IMG/VR virus record: IMGVR_UViG_3300028584_000094
Coordinates: 1 to 64,000 of that record
Length of the DNA: 64,000 bases
From: a virus
Strand: one strand, 5' to 3'
Shown piece by piece: positions 46,071 through 53,147 of the stretch. The first letter of the stretch is position 1, and each line of letters opens with the position of its first letter. Made by a program: the position numbers and the translations under genes. Below the pieces are notes generated by a model. The model was not told the origin of the DNA. It made no database searches and was given only the letters and a program-made list of their open reading frames with translations.

Positions 46071-46419
46071 ATCGACACGTGAAAGATTCTCGATTATATT
46101 ACAGGTGTTCCCGCAACGGGGACCAATCAACACAGGTGTGAAAAGCCCTTGGCTCGCAAGAGACCTAAAACGAAGAGGTGGTGGTGTGATGATCACAATA
46201 ACTCTACAGTTCGAGCGTCCGTGTTCGATCGGTTGTTGATAAACCGAACGGTGGTATAAAACGGGGTATACGGCGAACTGGCAGAATGAAAACGATACAC
46301 GTGGATCTCCCGAATAGTCGAAAGACAGGGATTAGGAAAACCGGTTGTTCGTTCTGTTAAAAATCAACAGTCTCCACAGGGGAAAAAGCAACTCGCTATC
46401 CCCGTGATCCGTCCAAAAC

Positions 46420-46840
46420 GTAAACACGGTCGATACACATATACCCACACCATGACACGCTAAACACGTGAAACCATTTAACGCTTTAACGCGACACACG
46501 CATTACACGAAATCACCATTTAAAACATGTTCACGCAATAATCCATTTTATGTCCGACACATTAACAAGACGACCCAATTATCAAAACCGGTACGCGACT
46601 TTCGTGGAGGTTACCCCACCGCCAAACCGTTACACGCGCACACCCCCCTAGGGGAAAACCCCCCACCCCACACGTAAGTGCGCGGGTGATATACACATAC
46701 GCACGCGTTACGACGCGCAGTTGGGCGCATAATGCCTAGCGCACATCATATCCTAGCGCGCACACAACTCAACGTATATCTATGATTATCAACGACTTAC
46801 CACTCAAATTCCCTTTACATGTACGCACGCACGTACAATA
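46420..46840. other. strand-asymmetric C/A-rich non-coding tract (candidate genome terminus/terminal-repeat region)
   Basis: The top strand is rich in CAC/ACG words and poor in G. Holds palindrome CCCCTAGGGG (46645-46654) followed by AAAACCCCCCACCCCACACG. There is no credible ORF. Confidence 0.35.
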
Positions 46841-46962
46841 TAGCGACAAACGCTATTCCGTTTCCCGTCTTGTATAGTTGTCGGAACGGTAACGCTTCGA
46901 CAGTGATCATTGATACTTTTAGCGTTTACATTATTGCCCGTGGTTTTGCCATGCGTATTTTG

Positions 46963-46992
46963 TTGACAGTCTTATTACCTGTGTCGTTTAAT
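46963..46992 (+). promoter_or_regulatory. sigma70-like promoter candidate
   Basis: TTGACA (46963-46968), 18-nt spacer, TTTAAT (46987-46992). It points towards the early operon. Confidence 0.3.
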
Positions 46993-47317
46993 CGCCATAC
47001 GTAATTTGACGCGCCATGACAGGAACTTCCGTGGGTGATACCATAGGAACTGCAAAACATGAGTATTCGTGATTTTGATCTTTGACATTTCGAGTGAGTT
47101 AATCGGTTTATGTTTGCGACAAAAGCAAGTTGCATATCCGATACTACACAATGAAATATGCCGTTCCTTTATGCCTACACAATGGGCTTATTGGTGATCA
47201 TGATAGCAAATGATAGGCGTTTGTGTGATTTACATAATCACAGGTTTTAGCCGTTTCGAAAGAGGTAAACGGCGACCATTATTTGTTTTGGTCGGAATAA
47301 ACAAAGCTCTATTTTGT

Positions 47318-47439
47318 GGAGTGAGTAACAAAAAATCTATCTGTTGGATTGAGTAAACAGAAAGCTAATTACGGCTTGAATTGTAAAGGTTTTAACTGAT
47401 TGAACCGTTCTAATCAGTAATCTAATTGGGGATTGAGTA
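47318..47439 (+). repeat. three copies of GGA(G/T)TGAGTA with 28-bp register
   Basis: GGAGTGAGTA at 47318, GGATTGAGTA at 47346 (+28) and GGATTGAGTA at 47430 (+84). A degenerate GAGTGAGTTA lies at 47092. Confidence 0.55.
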
Positions 47440-47475
47440 CCAATACCGTGAATTGTCGGTGAATAACATGGTAAA

Positions 47476-47499
47476 GTATTGGCACAATTGTGCCAATAC
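47476..47499. promoter_or_regulatory. 24-bp perfect palindrome (operator candidate) about 110 nt upstream of the first early gene
   Basis: GTATTGGCACAA|TTGTGCCAATAC. The flanking decamer CCAATACCGT is repeated at 47441 and 47492. Confidence 0.5.
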
Positions 47500-47607
47500 C
47501 GTTGAAACACGGCGGATAATTTGTTTCATATTAGCTGATTCTTTTGAGTCAGCAATATACGGCACAAATAGTGACCGATTTAAAAACAATACCAAAAGGG
47601 GTATATT

Positions 47608-48099
47608 ATGACTAAACCAAAGGCAACTGCCACCACTAAAACTGCTACCAAAAAAATCCGCATCGTTAGGGCGGATAAACTGACTATGAAAAACATCAAT
47701 GATAATTTGCAGGACGTAAAGATCAGCACAAAATCCGGCTTCCGTGATAAGGACAATGACGTCACTATGACGGTCACTTCATCTGACGAAACGCAAGCTC
47801 TACGTGAAAAGAAAGCCGAAACCGATGCCGTTATTAAATCGGTAAAAATTCTCACTGATTACAAAACAACCGTTGATCATATCAAACGGTCTGTTCTCAT
47901 TGATCTCGTGAATGAATCACCGATGAGTGACGACGGTAAGAAAAAGTGGGTTGATGTTGTCAATGGGGCGTTCACTACAACAGGCAAAAAACGGTCGGAG
48001 TTCCTTGCTCAAGTGAACCGATGCCTATGTTCAGCATATAAAGTTGCCATTGAAGACGTGGTAGCAAAACGTGTCAAAGATGCGAAAAAGGCGGCGTAA
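47608..48099 (+). CDS. hypothetical protein, first early gene
   Basis: 163 aa, SD AAAAGGGG, basic T/K-rich N-terminus. Confidence 0.6.
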   Translation: MTKPKATATTKTATKKIRIVRADKLTMKNINDNLQDVKISTKSGFRDKDNDVTMTVTSSDETQALREKKAETDAVIKSVKILTDYKTTVDHIKRSVLIDLVNESPMSDDGKKKWVDVVNGAFTTTGKKRSEFLAQVNRCLCSAYKVAIEDVVAKRVKDAKKAA

Positions 48100-48100
48100 C

Positions 48101-48262
48101 ATGACATCGTTAAGAAAAGCGTGGTCGGGCTTCGGCGTGGTGGAGTATATGAATTGTTCGTGTCGCACCGTTGTTACCGATGACAACGGCGACGGGGTGC
48201 AATTGAATGGAGAAAACGATTGGGTATTCTTACTCAATCAATCACTCAGATACGGCGAATAA
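48101..48262 (+). CDS. hypothetical protein (53 aa)
   Basis: ATG 48101 lies 1 nt after the upstream stop. The track's GTG 48071 start overlaps the upstream gene. Confidence 0.4.
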   Translation: MTSLRKAWSGFGVVEYMNCSCRTVVTDDNGDGVQLNGENDWVFLLNQSLRYGE

Positions 48263-48328
48263 CTATCTATTCAGCCCGTCATTGTGGCGGGCGACTATAA
48301 ATAGTTACAATTTTTAAGCGAGGTTATT

Positions 48329-48550
48329 ATGATCAGAGAGTATAGCGTTGACGTTGACACGTTCGAAAATGTTTTGATAAACGATGTTCAAATCAATCTC
48401 GCATCGACACGGTGGATTTTTGGGGATGGTGATATAGCCATCTACACAAACGATGAAAACGTGGCTAATAAGGTACGTAATATGTTGATTGGTCGTCATT
48501 ATGACGCTTATGTCTACAATGTTTGCGGTTCGTTCCGAATCAGTAACTAA
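48329..48550 (+). CDS. hypothetical protein
   Basis: 73 aa, SD GAGG upstream. Confidence 0.55.
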   Translation: MIREYSVDVDTFENVLINDVQINLASTRWIFGDGDIAIYTNDENVANKVRNMLIGRHYDAYVYNVCGSFRISN

Positions 48551-48664
48551 ACCATTTTCCCAAAAGGGGGATAGTATGCTAATGATTAGCGCACCCGAGT
48601 AAGTGCCTAAACTGCTCAACAAGAAACTCCGAAGGAAAAGCGCAAGACGGAATTGCGCTATATC

Positions 48665-48746
48665 TAAATTATCCGTGAGCCGAAACGACCCTCGGGTCGT
48701 ATACGTGGTGGTGATTCCACACGTACTGATGAGGCAAATCAATTTA
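48665..48746 (+). ncRNA. type II hammerhead ribozyme candidate
   Basis: CUGAUGA 48726-48732; GAA 48682-48684; stem III ACGACC/GGUCGU closed by CUCG; GUA cleavage triplet ending at A48701; stem I UACGUG(G)UGG/CCACACGUA closed by UGAUU; open stem II GCC/GGC plus UAAAUU/AAUUUA. Loop I UGAUU is complementary to AAUCA at 48737-48741. Confidence 0.7.
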
Positions 48747-48773
48747 AAGCCCGTAATGGGCAAGGGGTTTATT

Positions 48774-49082
48774 ATGAAAACTACAGCAGAACTCCCAGCA
48801 ATTATTACCATCGATCTCATCAATGAGATCAAGGCGAGCGGGCAAATAACGCTTGCTATGACAGCGAACACCCGTTATGTCAGACAGCTCAACAGGGCTA
48901 AACAGGAAAGAGCGGGTAGATTCTCAGATCTTGAAAAAGCAATGTTTATAAACACCCGTGATTGGGTGTTTCGTGGGGATGAAATGGTAGACCGCTCTTG
49001 CACGGTATACCCGTGTATCGAGGACAAAATATCCATTGTATTCGAAGGAGTCACTTTTGTGACAATGGTTGATGCCATCTAA
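48774..49082 (+). CDS. hypothetical protein flanked by the hammerhead and hammerhead-like elements
   Basis: ATG 48774 with SD AAGGGG (102 aa). The track's 48603 start would translate through the structured RNA. Confidence 0.55.
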   Translation: MKTTAELPAIITIDLINEIKASGQITLAMTANTRYVRQLNRAKQERAGRFSDLEKAMFINTRDWVFRGDEMVDRSCTVYPCIEDKISIVFEGVTFVTMVDAI

Positions 49083-49206
49083 GTGTGTGATCGATTAACC
49101 GCCGTAAGCGGTATACACTACGCCATGACAATGCCGTCACGGTGATACGATAGCGGGATAGTGTACTGATGAGTACCCGCGTAACTTTATAGACTAGGAG
49201 TCTATT

Positions 49207-49341
49207 ATGATCAAACGTATTATCGCAGGTATCCTTATTTCAGCGGGATTGGTTTCAGCTACAACTCTCACACCGATTCACCGCTCAACGATAGTTGTTG
49301 ACGGTGCTGTTTTTAATGGTCAGATATGGGTGCAACAATGA
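49207..49341 (+). CDS. 44-aa protein with signal-peptide/TM-like N-terminus (below the track cutoff)
   Basis: SD AGGAG; reads MIKRIIAGILISAGLVSATTLTP... Confidence 0.45.
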   Translation: MIKRIIAGILISAGLVSATTLTPIHRSTIVVDGAVFNGQIWVQQ

Positions 49342-49415
49342 TTACGAAGGCGATACTTTATGTATCGCTTTTCATCGTAGTATCAGAAGTTTTTTACAAA
49401 TGTTTAGGGGTATAA
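49338..49415 (+). CDS. 25-aa hydrophobic peptide (below the track cutoff)
   Basis: ATGA coupling; reads MITKAILYVSLFIVVSEVFYKCLGV. Confidence 0.35.
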   Translation: MITKAILYVSLFIVVSEVFYKCLGV

Positions 49416-49416
49416 A

Positions 49417-49740
49417 ATGAAAATTGCAAAAGAACTAAACGGGTATTCACCTGTCAAAATCTCAACAGGTGAAGAGTCTATGAACACCACTGATGGTGCC
49501 TCAACCGATCAGTCGATCATTGCCATGTTAATTCTCGCATATAATGCGGGAAAAAATAAAGAACAACTGATCGTGGATGTAACACCACATGAGAAACCAA
49601 CTCACGAAGGTGAGTGTTCATGTGGAAACCACATGACATTGGACGACAAGTGGACTCCACGTGACGTTCGTGTGCAGTGTTATATATGCTTCAAACAGGT
49701 AAATATGAAATACCTGTTGGACGGTCAATCAGAGGAGTAA
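49417..49740 (+). CDS. hypothetical protein
   Basis: 107 aa with a C-terminal Cys pairs CSCGNH...CYIC. Confidence 0.55.
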   Translation: MKIAKELNGYSPVKISTGEESMNTTDGASTDQSIIAMLILAYNAGKNKEQLIVDVTPHEKPTHEGECSCGNHMTLDDKWTPRDVRVQCYICFKQVNMKYLLDGQSEE

Positions 49741-49742
49741 CA

Positions 49743-49916
49743 ATGGCTACCATAATAAACTTTCCAGAAAGAAAATTCCCACCACCACCAAAAGTGGGTA
49801 AGTTTGGCGTGGCGTATTGTGACGATTATCCGTCACCTGCACCACATTGTATGAACAATAAGTTGCAGAGATGCCCAATGGCACTCGCGTGTCCTGTTGT
49901 TCGAGATAGTCAGTAG
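49743..49916 (+). CDS. hypothetical Cys/Pro-rich protein (57 aa)
   Basis: ATG 49743 with SD GGAG. The track's 49677 start overlaps the upstream gene. Confidence 0.45.
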   Translation: MATIINFPERKFPPPPKVGKFGVAYCDDYPSPAPHCMNNKLQRCPMALACPVVRDSQ

Positions 49917-49919
49917 ATC

Positions 49920-49951
49920 AGCGCGGTACAATGAGACCGCGCTTTACTTTT
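49920..49951 (+). terminator. intrinsic terminator
   Basis: AGCGCGGU - 8-nt loop - ACCGCGCU followed by UUACUUUU. Confidence 0.55.
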
Positions 49952-49967
49952 CCCAAAAGGGGGATAA

Positions 49968-50069
49968 ATGGAAACGATAATCCAACTGTCATCATCGATA
50001 CCTTACATCATGATAATAGGCGGGATACTCGGTCTCGCTTCCTCATTCATTCAGCACATGTCAAAATAA
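49968..50069 (+). CDS. 33-aa single-TM peptide (below the track cutoff)
   Basis: Preceded by the conserved box CCCAAAAGGGGGATA; reads METIIQLSSSIPYIMIIGGILGLASSFIQHMSK. Confidence 0.45.
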   Translation: METIIQLSSSIPYIMIIGGILGLASSFIQHMSK

Positions 50070-50089
50070 CAACTCAAAAGGGAGTAAAA

Positions 50090-50257
50090 ATGAGAGCAAT
50101 TACTGTTATCGCAGGGAAAGAATTTACCTGTGAGGTAATCAGAGTAGAATGTGGAGTAGCTACGTTGAGCGTGGCAGGTCGCAAAGTTAACGTGCCGAGC
50201 GAAAAGTGTTCATTCATTCAGTCACGTGAAAACGCGTGGCTTTCGATGGGAGTGTGA
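50090..50257 (+). CDS. hypothetical protein (55 aa)
   Basis: ATG 50090 with SD AAAGGGAG. The track's 49931 start spans the terminator and the small TM ORF. Confidence 0.5.
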   Translation: MRAITVIAGKEFTCEVIRVECGVATLSVAGRKVNVPSEKCSFIQSRENAWLSMGV

Positions 50258-50258
50258 G

Positions 50259-50753
50259 ATGAAGAATCCTAACTACTCAGCCTCGGTTAAAAAAGTTCCA
50301 TTCGGTAGTAGAAAATCCGATGGCGTCATGATCTATTTGACGATGCCGAAATGGGATTGCGACTGGTATTGGTCGTTCGGTTATCTCGGAAACAAAGATG
50401 AACACTACCATCTCGACAATTATCAAGATAAGCAAATTGTCTTCACCGACGAAAACGATAAATTCAGCGTCGTAACCCAGCGGAGAAACAATAACATGCA
50501 CGATCTTCTTCTCGAAGATTATGATCTAGCCGATAATATCAAATCTACCCTGTGGGTATTCTGTGAGATGGTGTTAACAGTCTACGCTCTAAAAGAGACA
50601 GCAGAAGTTCTTGGTCGTGGTGGTTCACACATGACGACAAATCCATGTAAAAACATAATCATCAACACCGATGAAGTGACTCGAATCAACAATGTGGTTT
50701 TGCCATCACTGTTTGAAGCACTCGAAAATCTGCTCGGTGTCAAAGGAGGATAG
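50259..50753 (+). CDS. hypothetical protein
   Basis: ATG 50259 lies 1 nt after the upstream stop; 164 aa; Trp-rich motif WDCDWYWSFGY. Confidence 0.55.
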   Translation: MKNPNYSASVKKVPFGSRKSDGVMIYLTMPKWDCDWYWSFGYLGNKDEHYHLDNYQDKQIVFTDENDKFSVVTQRRNNNMHDLLLEDYDLADNIKSTLWVFCEMVLTVYALKETAEVLGRGGSHMTTNPCKNIIINTDEVTRINNVVLPSLFEALENLLGVKGG

Positions 50754-50754
50754 T

Positions 50755-51249
50755 ATGACTGACATAACGCGTAAGATCAAAACAATTGCGTTGAATGTAA
50801 CTGATGGCGAAACTGTGGAACATGAATTGTTCCGTGGAGATTCTCAGTTCCACGAATCTATCGACGAGGACAGACTGATTCAGTTGATCGACCATGCAGT
50901 TGATAACAAATACTATATCACGATCCACCCGACCCCATTGGGAGAAATGATACGTGACGAAGGAAGCATCGACACCATCGACGCACCATACGATCACTAT
51001 GCTTGCACGTCGAAAGTGATTGAAAGCGTGGCTGATGATCTGAGAACAGGCATTGAGAAAGCAACCAAGTTGAGTAAACAGGACGACAAACTGTATGACC
51101 TAAACTCAGTATCGTTACCGATCATCAAGTCGCAGATGCACGCACTACTGTTTTCAGAGTTGGTCAATAACTTCTGTGTTGAACACGGTCTTCAGTGTGA
51201 AAACGGATATTATGAAACAGATATTAACACTGTCATAGGAGATCAATGA
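50755..51249 (+). CDS. hypothetical acidic protein
   Basis: ATG 50755 with SD AAAGGAGGA; 164 aa, D/E-rich. Confidence 0.6.
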   Translation: MTDITRKIKTIALNVTDGETVEHELFRGDSQFHESIDEDRLIQLIDHAVDNKYYITIHPTPLGEMIRDEGSIDTIDAPYDHYACTSKVIESVADDLRTGIEKATKLSKQDDKLYDLNSVSLPIIKSQMHALLFSELVNNFCVEHGLQCENGYYETDINTVIGDQ

Positions 51250-51500
51250 TGACACCAAAACAAAAAGCTACACTCGTTGGTCTCAGAGCATTCTTCTGTG
51301 ACATTGACGAGGATCAAGACATTGTAGAATCGTTCGATGTAAACCCGATGAAGTACACACAGGAAATGATAAACGCAGGTCTCGTGTGGGAAACATTGGA
51401 AGACACTGACCCAGATATTATCGTTGAATGTGTTAGAGCAATCGAGTACGACATCATGACGTTTGTATTGGGATTTGAACCCGAAGAATTTGAGGAGTAA
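51246..51500 (+). CDS. hypothetical highly acidic protein
   Basis: 84 aa. By hand count, 21 D/E versus 5 K/R. Confidence 0.55.
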   Translation: MMTPKQKATLVGLRAFFCDIDEDQDIVESFDVNPMKYTQEMINAGLVWETLEDTDPDIIVECVRAIEYDIMTFVLGFEPEEFEE

Positions 51501-51502
51501 TC

Positions 51503-51679
51503 ATGGTTATCAGAGTAAAAGCCACTCGTCAGATTATGACAGTGGCTCCAATCAGATGCACTACGCAGTGTCAAATGAGAAACTCTGCTATTCAACCGCC
51601 GACGGTGTGGGAATATCGTGACCTTGACACTGGTCGAGTCGTTGTGTATAGTGACCGTGAAATTGAAATAGTAAATTAA
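51503..51679 (+). CDS. hypothetical protein (58 aa, below the track cutoff)
   Basis: SD GAGGAG 5 nt upstream; reads MVIRVKATRQIMTVAPIRCTTQC... Confidence 0.5.
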   Translation: MVIRVKATRQIMTVAPIRCTTQCQMRNSAIQPPTVWEYRDLDTGRVVVYSDREIEIVN

Positions 51680-51694
51680 CAAAGGCAAATAACA

Positions 51695-52207
51695 ATGTCA
51701 AAACTCAAAGACTTAATCACCAAGACGAACATGAAACGTGACGGTCTTGGTCGATGGATAACATCTTCGGACACGAGGGATATTTTCTATACTGATGGGT
51801 TTCATCTTATCCGTGTCGATTGTGTTCCAACTGATGATCCGATGTATCACCCCGTGAAATCCATGACTCGTGAGTGGGCATATTATTTCGGGGAAGTGCA
51901 TGGATATGTTCGGTTCACAGGTGTAACAGTAAAAGGATTCCACGTGGTAGCATTCATGAACCCAGACGGTTCCGTGTCAAAGGCACTCGTCGAAGTCAAA
52001 GAACTAGAAGCGGTGTTAGGCAAGAAGTTCGAACATAACACAAAAATAACCGTGTGGAGAAAAGGAACAGAAAAAACATTCGCATTGTTTGATATGTCGC
52101 AGGGCGTTGGGTTGTTCGTATCCGAACTAACCATTTATAAAAAGGCAAATGATATGATACACGCGGTGACAATGGTTGCGAATTTAGATACGTGGCTGAA
52201 TCAATAA
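51695..52207 (+). CDS. hypothetical protein
   Basis: 170-aa ORF. Confidence 0.6.
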   Translation: MSKLKDLITKTNMKRDGLGRWITSSDTRDIFYTDGFHLIRVDCVPTDDPMYHPVKSMTREWAYYFGEVHGYVRFTGVTVKGFHVVAFMNPDGSVSKALVEVKELEAVLGKKFEHNTKITVWRKGTEKTFALFDMSQGVGLFVSELTIYKKANDMIHAVTMVANLDTWLNQ

Positions 52208-52225
52208 TCCCAAAAGGGGGATAGT

Positions 52226-52363
52226 ATGAAACAGGTCAGAATGATGATGATGCACAGAAAGCATCTCGAAAATCTTTACGGTAGACCAGTGACCGAGCTT
52301 GAAGCGGCTGAACATTGGTGTCGATTCTGCGCGGTTGTTTACCGCGCTTACTACCACAACTAA
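52226..52363 (+). CDS. hypothetical protein (45 aa, below the track cutoff)
   Basis: Preceded by the exact box CCCAAAAGGGGGATAGTATG; reads MKQVRMMMMHRKHLENLYGRPVTELEAAEHWCRFCAVVYRAYYHN. Confidence 0.45.
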   Translation: MKQVRMMMMHRKHLENLYGRPVTELEAAEHWCRFCAVVYRAYYHN

Positions 52364-52376
52364 AAGGAGTTGTAAC

Positions 52377-52589
52377 ATGAATATTCAAATCCCGAAATCA
52401 ATCAAAAAGATCTCGTCAACAGTTGCGGCACATGTACGTGCTCACTACCCAAACATCGTTTGTGTTGAAGATTTCCCCGTGAATATGCAGTTGGCTATGG
52501 AAGATACTTGCAAACACGAAATGTGGTATCAAGACTGCAATCGGTTCATAGGTGACGTGTATCAACAACGATCAATGGAAAGTCGGTAA
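52377..52589 (+). CDS. hypothetical protein (70 aa)
   Basis: ATG 52377 with SD AAAAGGAG. The track's 52299 start overlaps the 45-aa ORF. Confidence 0.5.
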   Translation: MNIQIPKSIKKISSTVAAHVRAHYPNIVCVEDFPVNMQLAMEDTCKHEMWYQDCNRFIGDVYQQRSMESR

Positions 52590-52593
52590 TATC

Positions 52594-52794
52594 ATGAAAA
52601 TCGTAATCGATATTCAAACAGGTGGCGATGCGTTCGTCGATGACCGATCAGTAGAACTCGAACGACTGATTCGGAAAACGATTGACACAGCTTCCAATTC
52701 CCTTGACGCATTGACATCATCGGGTGTTATTCGTGATTACAATGGGAACCGATGTGGAACGTGGATATTGAACAATTCCCCGGAGGAGATATGA
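52594..52794 (+). CDS. hypothetical protein (66 aa)
   Basis: ATG 52594 follows the upstream stop. Confidence 0.45.
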   Translation: MKIVIDIQTGGDAFVDDRSVELERLIRKTIDTASNSLDALTSSGVIRDYNGNRCGTWILNNSPEEI

Positions 52795-53147
52795 AATATC
52801 TAGTAAAACAGTGGAATTTTAGTTCAATTCGGTTGGATGATGGGAGCCACACGATCAACCCCGTTAGAAACTTTGAACGGGAACTCGTCAATAACATTGC
52901 GAGACTTTCTAAAACATTGTATCCGAAATGGACACATGACTCTGCGATAGAGATCAATGGGCTACCAATGCTCGTGTGTCATCGCCAGTATAAAGTTGTT
53001 GTCGTGTTTGGTTTTGACGCTGATAATCAAATGACGATCGCATTGTATCGAAGTGAAGAAGTGGTGAATCTGCTCTTGAGTAAGGTCAAGGAAGCAATCG
53101 ATAAAACAGTAAGAAACTATAAGTTATTGGAGGATCAAAATGATTAA
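52791..53147 (+). CDS. hypothetical protein (118 aa)
   Basis: ATG 52791 with SD GGAGGAG; ATGA coupling. Confidence 0.55.
   Translation: MKYLVKQWNFSSIRLDDGSHTINPVRNFERELVNNIARLSKTLYPKWTHDSAIEINGLPMLVCHRQYKVVVVFGFDADNQMTIALYRSEEVVNLLLSKVKEAIDKTVRNYKLLEDQND

Noticed and set aside
46468-47135. Track ORFs in the non-coding region (46468-46677, 46819-47004, 46926-47135).
   Set aside because: They have no SD and biased H/T/P/R-rich or hydrophobic nonsense composition that mirrors the C/A-rich DNA. They lie between a terminator and the early promoter region.
47222-47240. A CRP-like site TGTGA...TCACA.
   Set aside because: The half-sites are separated by 9 nt rather than 6. It is kept only as a generic inverted repeat.
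47480-47494. A sigma-54 promoter reading of TGGCAC-AATTG-TGCC inside the 24-bp palindrome.
   Set aside because: The GG-to-GC spacing is one base short of the canonical TGGCAC-N5-TTGC, and the TTGC element is not present. The perfect dyad symmetry explains the sequence better.
48603-48773. The N-terminal 57 codons of track ORF 48603-49082.
   Set aside because: There is no SD. The translation is R/K-rich junk-like, and the segment is occupied by stable hairpins and the hammerhead motif. A good SD plus ATG exists at 48774.
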